Counted from the first letter of the stretch, positions 52,194-61,760 are shown. The stretch: 64,000 nucleotides of DNA from an uncultured delta proteobacterium (GCA_963733195.1 CAVTCR010000053.1:38439-102438); one strand, 5' to 3'. The notes: a model not told the origin generated them from the letters alone. Translations and numbers: made by a program.

Positions 52194-53504
52194 ATGGAGG
52201 TGCTTTTCGTGTCAGGTCTCACCGGTTTTCATGCGTTATGCAGTCGAGATGCCGTCCTCAGCAGTGCCGAAAATTTCGTCCTCTATCTTCTTCTGGAAAT
52301 GAAAGCACGAGGGGCCACTGCGAGAGGTCGTTTGCCTCTCAATCTCGGCATCGTTCTCGACCGCAGTGGTTCGATGTACGATGAGAAACGCCTCGATTAT
52401 GTCAGTGAAGCGATCAAATATCTGGTTGATCAACTGGGGCCAAATGATCGAGCGACAGTAGTCGCATTTGCAGATAAGGCCGCTGTTGTTGCTACGGCTG
52501 ACGATCTGCTGCGTGATAAAAACAAGGTCAAGAAGGCGATCGACGATATTGACCAACTGGAGATTGGTGGCGGAACGCAGATGGCGCTTGGGATGGAAGC
52601 GGCAATCGCTGAGATAGAGAAAAATTACTCCCCCAATCGATTGAATCGTCTCTTGCTGCTGACCGACGGGCAGACCTACGAAGAGCGAAAATGCCTTGAT
52701 CTTGCGCGTAAACATCGTGAGCGTATTTCATGTAGCACATTAGGTGTGGGCATCGAATTTAATGAAAAGCTGCTCATGGAGATGGCCGAGGCGAGTGGGG
52801 CCAATTATCATTTCATCACTGAGCCTTCGACTATTCCTGGAATTTTTTCGCGCGAACTGGAAGGATTACGTAACGTTGCCCTGACCAATGTGCGCATCGA
52901 AGTGCGCCTCAGTGCGGGGATGCAAGTCAAAGAAGTTTTTCGTGCGAGTCCACAGATCTATCCGATCAAAGATGCAGTTCCAGATGCAGAACGCTTCCTC
53001 AAGATTCCACTGGGTGACGTCGAATCAAGCACTCCCAGTTCAGCGTTGTTAGTGCTTGTGCTCCCGCCTCGCAAGCCTGGACGGGTGCGTATCGCCCAAA
53101 CGCAATTGTGTTACGACACTCCGGAAGCGCGAGACCAGCGTGAAGATGCTGAAGCTGTAGTGACTTACACACTTGATCGTGAAGCTATTGGTAAAGCCAA
53201 CGGCTACGTGATGAATCTCGTCGACCAAGTCAGTGTCGCGAAAATTCAAATGCAAGCAGAAGCCGCAGCGGCGTCGGGGAACGTGGATAAGGCTACCCGT
53301 TTATTGGGCAATGCGATTGCCGGAACGCAGCGGTTAGGCAATACCAAAGCCACGCAGGCATTAGTTTCGCTGCAGAATGAAATGAAGAAGACGCAGAGCC
53401 TCTCGACCCGGGCGGCGAAGACGCAGTTACTTACCGCGCAAGCGACGCTACGGAAAACCCAGATGCTCGACCCGGAAAGCGTAAAAGATGTGCTCCGGGA
53501 ATAA
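52194..53504 (+). CDS. Cytoplasmic vWA-domain protein (YfbK/CLCA-like) with helical C-terminus
   Basis: PLNLGIVLDRSGSM, GGT, LLLLTDGQ, GVG.EFNE.LL; the true start may be GTG 52209 after GGAGG. Confidence 0.9.
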   Translation: MEVLFVSGLTGFHALCSRDAVLSSAENFVLYLLLEMKARGATARGRLPLNLGIVLDRSGSMYDEKRLDYVSEAIKYLVDQLGPNDRATVVAFADKAAVVATADDLLRDKNKVKKAIDDIDQLEIGGGTQMALGMEAAIAEIEKNYSPNRLNRLLLLTDGQTYEERKCLDLARKHRERISCSTLGVGIEFNEKLLMEMAEASGANYHFITEPSTIPGIFSRELEGLRNVALTNVRIEVRLSAGMQVKEVFRASPQIYPIKDAVPDAERFLKIPLGDVESSTPSSALLVLVLPPRKPGRVRIAQTQLCYDTPEARDQREDAEAVVTYTLDREAIGKANGYVMNLVDQVSVAKIQMQAEAAAASGNVDKATRLLGNAIAGTQRLGNTKATQALVSLQNEMKKTQSLSTRAAKTQLLTAQATLRKTQMLDPESVKDVLRE

Positions 53505-53615
53505 GTAGATCTGAGTAATGAGGACTGAGGTGAGCACAAAGGCTAAAATTCTAGTTGAGTTTATTGTTCCTTAGGCCGCCCAGTTCTTAGCATTTGAATT
53601 GATAAGGAGAAATCT

Positions 53616-54209
53616 ATGATCCGCTGTTCCGAGTGTAGCCACGAGAACCTGGACGGGCTCGAATATTGTGACGCCTGCGGGGCCAAGCTCCCAGCCGGAG
53701 CACCTGCTGAACCAGCCGTCGTGGCACCTGCTGCTCCTGTGGTAGCGTCGGAGCCACCACCTCCAGCTGAAGTGAGTGCCCCTACTGAAGCAACTGTTCC
53801 TGTGGCCCCGGACGCTGTCGCCGTACCTGTTGCTCCTACACCCGTGCCAGCCCCTTCTTCGACTCCTTCAGCGGGAACGGTACAAAATGCCCAATTAACC
53901 ATCCTGCGTGGTGGGACGGTCGGGAAGGTCTTCCCGTTACAAACAGGAGACAATCTGATTGGCCGCTGGGATCCGGACTCTGGCTCATTCCCTGAAGTTG
54001 ACATGGAGCACGATGATCCCGAAGCGCGCATTTCGCGCAAACATGCGCTCATTAAAGTGAGTGATAAGATTACGATCGAAGACATCGGCAGTCTCAACGG
54101 AACCTTTGTCAATCGTGGGCGTCGGCTTGAACCAGGCTCCCCGGCAGAAGTTAAAGACGGTGATGAAATCATCGTCGGTAAGACGTTCTTCAAAGTTTCT
54201 TTAGGATAA
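53616..54209 (+). CDS. Zn-ribbon + Pro-rich linker + FHA domain protein
   Basis: CSEC..CDACG; IGR, SRKH, SLNGTFVN, GDEIIVG. Confidence 0.9.
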   Translation: MIRCSECSHENLDGLEYCDACGAKLPAGAPAEPAVVAPAAPVVASEPPPPAEVSAPTEATVPVAPDAVAVPVAPTPVPAPSSTPSAGTVQNAQLTILRGGTVGKVFPLQTGDNLIGRWDPDSGSFPEVDMEHDDPEARISRKHALIKVSDKITIEDIGSLNGTFVNRGRRLEPGSPAEVKDGDEIIVGKTFFKVSLG

Positions 54210-54246
54210 CTGAGAAATTCGGCCTTCTTTCCGAGGCTGGTGAACT

Positions 54247-55925
54247 ATGAGTGCAGTATCACAACCGGCCTCCCTTCCGCTTCCATCAACAGACATGTCC
54301 TGTCCTGAATGCGGACAGGAAAACCCTGCGGAGGAGACCTACTGTACCGCGTGTGGTGCGGCGTTGCAAAGCGAGCCGTTGCCACCGCCGTTGATTCCTC
54401 TTACGCCAGGAACACTCCTCGCTGACACATATGCTATCGAGACAGCCGAACCGTTTGGCCGGGAGAACCGTTACCTGGCCGTTGATACGACTGCTGCGGG
54501 AGTTACCGTGCTGCTCCGCGAACGCGCGAGTGAGGATGCTGAATCGTTCCAGACCCTCCTTGCACACACTGACCGAACTCAAACATCCAGCGTTTTTGAT
54601 TCCTGAGCGCGTGATTACCCAAGACGAGCGGACCTATCTCATTTGCCCTCGGGTTCCAGGCATACGATTGTCCGAACGTATCGGACGCACGAGCGAGCGC
54701 GAAGCCGTAAGCTGGGGAGTACAACTCTGTCAGGCGTTAGGGTTTTTGCATCGTCAGGAGTTACTCTGTGTTGAATTGCCACCCGAAAGTCTGCTGCTTG
54801 ATAAAGAAGGGCGCGTGCGTATCACTCAACTCGATACTCTCGTTGCAAAAGGAGAGGTGACTGAACCGCTACGTGTTACGGATGGTTATGCTTCTCCTGA
54901 AGTGTATAAGTCCGGAGACCTCAGCGAATCGGCGGACGTCTTTGCCGTGGGTGCCTTATTATATACGCTCCTCGTAGGAAAACGTCTTCCTATCGAGGGT
55001 TGGCTTGTACAGTATGAGCCTCCAGTGTTCTATCCAGAAAAAGTCCTCTCGCCAAATCTTGAACGAGTCTTGCGCAAAGCCTTAGCCTTGGACCCGAAAG
55101 ATCGGTACGAAAATGTCGATGCCCTCAAGGCGGCGCTACTGGCCTACAACCAAAGGAGTCCGGTGCGCTCAGCATGGCTGACCGATGTCGGTCAAGTCCG
55201 GGAACACAACGAAGATGCCGTGCTTGTCAATGAAGACGGGCAGGGAACCGTTGCGGGCAATGCATTTACGGGACTGTATATTGTGTCTGACGGCATGGGT
55301 GGGGCAGAAGCTGGGGAGGTGGCCAGTGCGTTGTCAATTGAGACCGTTGCGCGATACATGGAACGTGTTCACGCCGAGGCAGTACCGCAAGACGAAGCAG
55401 GATGGGAACAGTGTCTACGCGAAGCGGTTGAGGCGGCCAACGCAGCGATCCTTGCGTACGCAAAAGAACATCCAAGTGCCGCGGGTCTTGGCGCAACGAT
55501 CGTTGCCGCGTTGCTCCACAACCAACGGTTGACGTTGGCATGGGTGGGAGACAGTCGGATTTACCTCTGGGAGCAGGGACAATTCCAACAATTGTCACGC
55601 GATCATTCCTTAGTCGCGCGTCTGGTCGAGATTGGTCAGCTCACTGCTGCTGAAGCGCGTACGCATGAACATCGCAACGTATTGATCCGCTCTTTAGGAA
55701 GTAAAGAGCAGGTCGCCGTCGATACTATGAGCCGACCACTGCGCCGTGGGGCGCGGTTGTTATTGTGTAGTGATGGTTTGACCTCTCACGTGGAAGATGG
55801 GGCGATTGCCGATATCCTGAGCCGTCATCGGGAGCCGTTTCGATGCGACGTTGGAGCTGATCGTTGCGGCCAATGCCGGGGGAGGGAGTGACAACATTTC
55901 GGCCGTGGTGGTATTTCACGAGTAG
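54247..55925 (+). CDS. Zn-ribbon + degenerate Ser/Thr kinase domain + PP2C phosphatase fusion (frameshifts near 54565 and 55840)
   Basis: CPEC..CTAC; kinase C-lobe GYASPE, DVFAVG; PP2C RxxNED, DGMGG, VGDSR, CSDGL, GGSDNI to TAG 55923-55925. Confidence 0.85.
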
Positions 55926-55940
55926 TGAGGTATATCGACC

Positions 55941-58448
55941 ATGGCGCGAAATGAGAGTGGACAGCTCGAGCCTGGAACGCTTCTCGCGGGAAGATACCGT
56001 GTTGAGCGCTTCCTTGCTGGTGGTGGCATGGGGCTTGTGTATGTTGCCAACGATCAACGTTTGGCTGAGCGTCGCTGTGCGGTAAAAGAGATCTTCGACC
56101 GCTTTACCAATCCCGAAGAACGCACCCGCGCGATCGAATACTTCCACCGTGAAGCCGATACCCTGGCGCAACTGAATCATCCTGCTATTCCTGCCATTTT
56201 CGATCGTTTCGGTGAAGGTAATTGTCATTACCTGGTGATGGATTTTATTGAAGGGACCAACTTGGAAAACGAGTTGGCCAACCAGGGTGGATCACTGCCT
56301 GAGAGTCGGATCATCGAAATTACCCGTGAACTCAGTGATGTCCTCTCGTATCTCCATAGCTTTGAGCCACCGATTATCTACCGTGACATGAAGCCGGGGA
56401 ATGTGATTCTCACTCCTAACGGGCGTGTGGTGTTGATTGACTTCGGTATCGCCCGCATCTTCACTCCGCAAGGAAAAGCGACGCTGATTGGTACGCCAGG
56501 GTTTGCTCCACCCGAGCAGTATGCTGGGACAGTTGATCAGCGTTCTGACGTCTATTCCCTGGCCGCGATGATGCACTATATGCTCACTGGTCGTGATCCA
56601 GAGAAAAACCCTCCATTCTCATTCCCCCCAGTGCACGCGCTCAAGCCTGAAGCCTCGCCTTTCTTAGCTCAGGCGATTGATACGGCCTTGGCCTATAAAC
56701 CTGAGGAGCGGCCTGAGAGTGCCGAGGCATTTAAAGAAATGTTTCTCTATGGTCGTGGGTTAAAAGCGCCGGTTGTGCCACCGGCAGCGTCGAAATCAGC
56801 AACTCAGCCGTTGCAACCGCTGGATGTGGCCATTGCGACGAATGTGGAAATTGCCGAAGAGATGCGTCCGGTGCGCAAGCGACGTTGGGGGCGACGCATC
56901 GCGGCGCTGGTGTTCATCGGACTGCTCGGGAGTGGGATGTACAATTTGGTGACGAACCCAGAGCTGCTGAATGGCGATATCGTTGCTCGCTGGGGAGAGC
57001 AAATTCCCTGGCAGAAAATCGAAGCGTGGCTTCCTGAATCACGGCGAGAGCAGTTTCGTCAGTTCGTTGCCAATCTACCTTGGGAACGTGAGAAGCGTGT
57101 GAAGGCACTACGCGCCGACCCGCTGGAGCTGGTATCGATCAAGTTGTTGAATACCTCTCGTGATGGCACCCCACTGCCCAAACAAAAGGAAACGTACCTC
57201 GATAACGAGGTCCAATACCTGACCTGGGAAGCGGTGTTGAAGAACCGCCTTGCTGGTGTAGAAGGCTCAACCTATCGGCTCGAAGGACGCTTTTTTGATC
57301 CTGAAGGTGGTGCCGCGGGAAAAAGTGAGGGTGGACGCTTTGTGCGCCCTGAGGAAGAGCAGGTCAACCTCCGTGCAGTGACCTTACTTGAAGGACTTAA
57401 AGAACGGGCGAAGGGAAACTATCAGTTCGAACTCTATTGGGGCGAGAAAAAACTCGCGACGCAGACGATCCGTATCGAGGCCGAACCGAAGAAGGTCGTT
57501 GTCGCTGAACCGCCTGCTACCGAGGGAGGAGTACTTCCAGGACCGTCACGTTCAGCGTTGCCACTTCCTGATCCTGCTATAGAAGAGCGTAACCGCCGCC
57601 TTGCTGAAGAAGCCAAACGAGCAGCCGAAGATGCGAAACGGCAGGCACTCATTCACGAGCGGAGCAAGAAGCCCTTAGATCTCGTTGCGGTCCGCTTTCT
57701 CAATACGAATAAAGAGGGGAAACGTCTGTCCGCTACTGGGAATAATACATTCCCTGCGTCGAAGGTCCGCTTCATTGCCTGGGAGGCGCAGTTCCGCAAC
57801 CGACTTCTTGAACTCGTTCCCGCTTATCACCGGATCGAAGCGACGTTCTATGCACCCAACGGTCAGCCATTAGGAACAGTACAAGACGCTAAGCAGGTTG
57901 ATCCCGAGGCGAAGGAGGTTATGTTTACTGCACGGATTGGCAATTCGACTGGTGGGGCATTTGTGCCGGGGATATACCGTGTCGATTTTTATGTGAATGG
58001 GTACCCACTGTCGTCAAGGAAATTCACCGTAGAAGATGACCGTGAGCAGATTGCCAGCCGCGAACCTCCGCCCCTACCACGTGAGGTGCCGCGGAACGAA
58101 CCTCCCCCACGTGAAGAAACTCCTCCGCCACGAGGAGATCTTGCCAGTATCCTCCAACATCACACGGGAAGTATGCTCGGTTTAGCTGGTGGACGGGAAG
58201 TGACATTGGAACTGGACTTTCATCCGCGCAATGATGGCAGCTTGGAAGGTGACCTCATCATTCATGAACCTGGATTTGGTACGGCGCCGCTGATGGGCAA
58301 AACGGATGGGGAGCGCATCGAATTTCGCAGTCCGACAGGGCGTGGAACATTTCATTTCCGCGGCTGGCGGGACGAAGGCCGGCTCACGGGAACATACACT
58401 ATCCATCCTTCAGGGGATGAGGGGCGCTGGTCGGTGAAGATTCGATGA
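55941..58448 (+). CDS. Membrane-anchored Hanks-type Ser/Thr protein kinase with duplicated C-terminal domain
   Basis: GGMG.VY, AVKE, YRDMKPGN, DFG, GTPGFAPPEQ, DVYSL; TM near residue 320. Confidence 0.93.
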   Translation: MARNESGQLEPGTLLAGRYRVERFLAGGGMGLVYVANDQRLAERRCAVKEIFDRFTNPEERTRAIEYFHREADTLAQLNHPAIPAIFDRFGEGNCHYLVMDFIEGTNLENELANQGGSLPESRIIEITRELSDVLSYLHSFEPPIIYRDMKPGNVILTPNGRVVLIDFGIARIFTPQGKATLIGTPGFAPPEQYAGTVDQRSDVYSLAAMMHYMLTGRDPEKNPPFSFPPVHALKPEASPFLAQAIDTALAYKPEERPESAEAFKEMFLYGRGLKAPVVPPAASKSATQPLQPLDVAIATNVEIAEEMRPVRKRRWGRRIAALVFIGLLGSGMYNLVTNPELLNGDIVARWGEQIPWQKIEAWLPESRREQFRQFVANLPWEREKRVKALRADPLELVSIKLLNTSRDGTPLPKQKETYLDNEVQYLTWEAVLKNRLAGVEGSTYRLEGRFFDPEGGAAGKSEGGRFVRPEEEQVNLRAVTLLEGLKERAKGNYQFELYWGEKKLATQTIRIEAEPKKVVVAEPPATEGGVLPGPSRSALPLPDPAIEERNRRLAEEAKRAAEDAKRQALIHERSKKPLDLVAVRFLNTNKEGKRLSATGNNTFPASKVRFIAWEAQFRNRLLELVPAYHRIEATFYAPNGQPLGTVQDAKQVDPEAKEVMFTARIGNSTGGAFVPGIYRVDFYVNGYPLSSRKFTVEDDREQIASREPPPLPREVPRNEPPPREETPPPRGDLASILQHHTGSMLGLAGGREVTLELDFHPRNDGSLEGDLIIHEPGFGTAPLMGKTDGERIEFRSPTGRGTFHFRGWRDEGRLTGTYTIHPSGDEGRWSVKIR

Positions 58449-58638
58449 AGGGAAAATGAGTCGTGCAGTAGGAGAAATGGATGAGTAAATTATAGTGAAT
58501 CAAATGAGAGGATGAACAGGGGAAAGTGAGGAAGACAGCAATTGCTCCCATGCTCCTCCATTATCCACTCTTCGCCCGTATATCTGCTTAATTCTACGTT
58601 GCCCACTGTTGACTAACTGGATAACTGAGAACTAAAAC

Positions 58639-59493
58639 ATGGAACTTTCACGCGAACGACTGATCTTATTTGCCGGTGCAGGTCTGTTAGGCGGAATCGC
58701 CGGATGGGCTGTGGCCGATCCACTTGCTGGAGTTGGCGATGTCTATCAACGAGCGTTAGTGCTTGGCGCTGCCATTGGGGTTTTCGTTGGGGTCTTTCTC
58801 GGTGCGATTGAAGGATTGAGTGCTGGTCATAAAAATCAAACCCAACAGGGAGTGACGCTTGGTGGCATCACTGGTCTTGTAGGGGGGGGGCTTGGTTTGT
58901 TGATGGGAGAACTTGCGTTTGGAGCGCTCGGCGGTATAGGCGGGCGGATGCTCGGGTGGAGCATCTTCGGCATTGCGGTAGGCCTTGGGGTCGGTTGGGT
59001 GGGACATTCTTTTGCGCGTCTGCGGAACGGCGGGATTGGCGGTTTGCTTGGAGGAGCGATCGGTGGAGGAGTATATCAGATAGTGACTTCAATATTCCCG
59101 CAAACCACCGGACGAGGAATTGCTCTTGCATTATTGGGAGCCATGATTGGTCTCGGAATCGGCCTCGTTGGTGAGATTCTCAAACGTGGGTGGCTAATGG
59201 TTGTCCGCTCGCAGAGTCGTAATGCTCGTGAAGGTAAAGAATATTTACTGGTTAAGCCAAAGACGACGATTGGTCGAGCTGAGGAGAGTGACGTAGGGTT
59301 ATTTGGCGACCAAGCCGTAGCGAATCTCCATGCGGTTATCGAACGCCAAAAAGGGAAATTCCTCCTCGCACGCGGGGAAGGAGCGATACGAGTGAACCAA
59401 CAACCGGTGACCCAGCCTGTACAATTGAAGAATGGCGATCGAGTTGAAGTTGGTGGTACGCTCTTCCTTTTCCGTGAGCGAACAGGGATGTAG
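58639..59493 (+). CDS. Gly-rich multi-TM membrane protein with C-terminal FHA domain
   Basis: About six Gly-rich TM helices; TIGR..., H.VI, VN, LKNGDRVEVGGT. Confidence 0.82.
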   Translation: MELSRERLILFAGAGLLGGIAGWAVADPLAGVGDVYQRALVLGAAIGVFVGVFLGAIEGLSAGHKNQTQQGVTLGGITGLVGGGLGLLMGELAFGALGGIGGRMLGWSIFGIAVGLGVGWVGHSFARLRNGGIGGLLGGAIGGGVYQIVTSIFPQTTGRGIALALLGAMIGLGIGLVGEILKRGWLMVVRSQSRNAREGKEYLLVKPKTTIGRAEESDVGLFGDQAVANLHAVIERQKGKFLLARGEGAIRVNQQPVTQPVQLKNGDRVEVGGTLFLFRERTGM

Positions 59494-59520
59494 GGGTCGG
59501 GGGCCAGGGGTTGGGGGTCG
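59494..59520. repeat. (GGGGTCG)n-type heptamer arm upstream of four-helix-bundle gene
   Basis: GGGGTCG GGGGCCA GGGGTTG GGGGTCG; complementary to 59905-59947. Confidence 0.8.
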
Positions 59521-59523
59521 GTG

Positions 59524-59940
59524 ATGAGAAAAGTAAGGGTAGGCGCAGTGATTAACAGCTTCCGCGATCTCCGAGTCTGGCAAAGTGGGATGGATCTTGT
59601 TGAAGAGATCTATCGTCTGACGCGAACGTTTCCCTCTCATGAAGTGTATGGGCTTACAAACCAGATGCGACGAGCGGCTGTTTCCATTCCATCGAATATC
59701 GCGGAAGGTCATACGCGAGAGGGCAGCAAAGAGTATCTGCAGTATCTATCGATAGCACAAGCATCACTTGCGGAACTGGAGACCCAATTGGAGATTGCCG
59801 TGCGATTGAAATACAACTCATCTGAACAGATCAAAGCCAATTCTACAAAGGACTGCATCCTTGGGAAAACAACTCTATACTCTTCGCAATGCGCTAACGA
59901 AGAAAACCCCAACCCCTGGCTTTCGATCCCCGACCCCTGA
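59524..59940 (+). CDS. Four helix bundle protein (23S rRNA IVS family), frameshifted near the 3' end
   Basis: SFRDLRVWQ, FPSHEVYGLTNQMRRAAVSIPSNIAEG, SLAELETQL. Confidence 0.88.
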   Translation: MRKVRVGAVINSFRDLRVWQSGMDLVEEIYRLTRTFPSHEVYGLTNQMRRAAVSIPSNIAEGHTREGSKEYLQYLSIAQASLAELETQLEIAVRLKYNSSEQIKANSTKDCILGKTTLYSSQCANEENPNPWLSIPDP

Positions 59941-59947
59941 CCCCTCT
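59905..59947. repeat. (ACCCCTG)n-type heptamer arm downstream of four-helix-bundle gene
   Basis: ACCCCAA CCCCTGG ... TCCCCGA CCCCTGA CCCCTC. Confidence 0.75.
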
Positions 59948-59954
59948 CTTACTG

Positions 59955-61478
59955 GTGATCGGTTTCTTTGTGACTGCTGTACTGCTTTGTGCGCACCGAC
60001 TCGCAGCGGCAGCCTCAGATACCATCGTGGTATCGCTGACCAATCCTCGCCTCGAGAACTTCGCCAATGGTGGTGCGGTGGGACTCTACTTCAGTGCAAC
60101 CGACACTCAAGGACACCCTGTCGGCCAACTCAGCCCTCAGACATATTGAGGTGAAAGAAGACGGACAGAAAGTACAGGTCGTCGATTTTCGTGGCGAAGA
60201 GCAAGGACGAGCGGTCGATATTGTCGTGGTGTTTGACATTACCGAGAGTATGCAACCGTTCATCGATGGACTGAAGGAAGCCACAAGCGATTTTGCTGAT
60301 CGTCTAGGTAAAGCGAATCGAGACTACCGCCTCGGACTCGTAAGTTTTGAAGATTATGTGACGAGACAAGATCCCGTGTTCACTCGTAGTGCGACCGAAT
60401 TCAAAAGCTGGGTTGGGTCGCTACAGGCTGCCGGTGGTGGTGATATTCCCGAGAATTCACTCGATGCGCTGGAGGCAGCCAGTAAATTTCCGTTCCGACC
60501 CGATGCGCAGGCGGTTATCATTCTCATTACCGATGCACCAAATCATTTTCGTGGCGATGGCTCGGAAAAGAATAATCCCTATGGCCGTGAAATTACGCCA
60601 TTGACGGTTGACGAGCTTCTTCCCACGCTGAAGAAAGCGAACATCAATGTTGTTGCTATCTCCCCGCCGCCCTTTGCCGCGCCAGACTCTGCATAAGATC
60701 GCCAAAGAGACCGGGGGACGGCACTACAACATCTGTCAGTGAAGGTCGTCGATTTCCTGAACTGATTGGTGAGATTGGTCGTTCGTTAGCATCACAGTAT
60801 TTCCTCTCCTATGTGAGTCCACGACCGATTGAAGACGGGACTCGTCGAAATGTATCGCTCACTGTGACGTACAGTGCAGCGGCCGGAGAAGATCGCACTG
60901 CGTATGAAGTACGTGGTGTTGGCGGTGCGCGAGTTGTTACCCCGGCAACACCTGCGCGTCCAGGAGAGATCCCAACAAAAGTGCGCAGTGTCGTTGATTA
61001 TCGTTGGTGGAACTTTCTTGTTCCTCTACTTGCCGGGGTTGGGTTGCTCGCGCTAGCGCGTGTGCGGTTGAGCACTCTCCCGGCAGAAGTGATGGCCCGA
61101 CTGGCCGGAACGGGTATAGTACCACAGCCAGCAAGTACGAGTTCCCCCAGTGCGCTGCCAGTTACAGAAAAATCGGCACCGTATGCACGGCTCATGCGGC
61201 AGAGTCCGTTGGATGAAGTGCCACGTGAGATCGCCTTTACGCGCGATGAGATACTGATTGGGCGAGGTGAAGAATGCGATGTGATCATTCCTCACTCCTC
61301 GATCTCGCGTGAACATGTTCGGATCAAGAAGCTGAAACCTGGATATGTAATCTTCGACCTCAAGAGCAGAAACGGTACAACCGTGAACGGTCGCCCGATT
61401 GTGGAAAATCTGCTCAAGGACGGAATGATCGTCAAGATTGGTGACGTTGAGTTCGTCTTTCGCGCGGCGAATGTATAG
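59955..61478 (+). CDS. Signal/TM + vWA + TM + cytoplasmic FHA protein (several frameshifts)
   Basis: Fragments 59955.., 60067..60696 (DITESM, GGGDIPE, ITDA) and 60813..61478 (TM, IGR, SREH, SRNGTTVNG). Confidence 0.8.
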
Positions 61479-61730
61479 CTAAGTCCTCGGATATTTGACC
61501 GTCATTTCAAGGACACTGTCGGCTTCGTGCACTATGCTTAGGCCAGGCTCCGACGACGAAGCGATACGTAACATGTTCCTGCTCAGCGATTGCTTCAGCT
61601 ACGCTCGCATGAGCAACCTTCATCTTGACACTGTAAAGTGATTAGATGTTGATGCGCCACGGGCAGCTGGCTGCCCATGATCTGCCTGAGCACTGACGAA
61701 CAAGTCACCAGTAGAGCCTGCGCAGAACTG

Positions 61731-61760
61731 TTGACAAGTGTGAAGAGGCAAGAAGATAAT
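61731..61760 (+). promoter_or_regulatory. Putative sigma70 promoter
   Basis: TTGACA-N18-GATAAT followed by RBS GGGGAGG before ATG 61783. Confidence 0.45.

Noticed and set aside
1308-58630. CRISPR array interpretation of the short repeats
   Set aside because: Units are contiguous degenerate 7-mers without unique spacers, and there are no cas genes.
2747-59940. Diversity-generating retroelement, since four-helix bundles resemble Avd
   Set aside because: No reverse transcriptase and no TR/VR pair seen in the window.
52194-61478. Type VI secretion or tellurite-resistance locus
   Set aside because: No tss/hcp/vgrG or terABCDZ genes are present, only the signalling domains.
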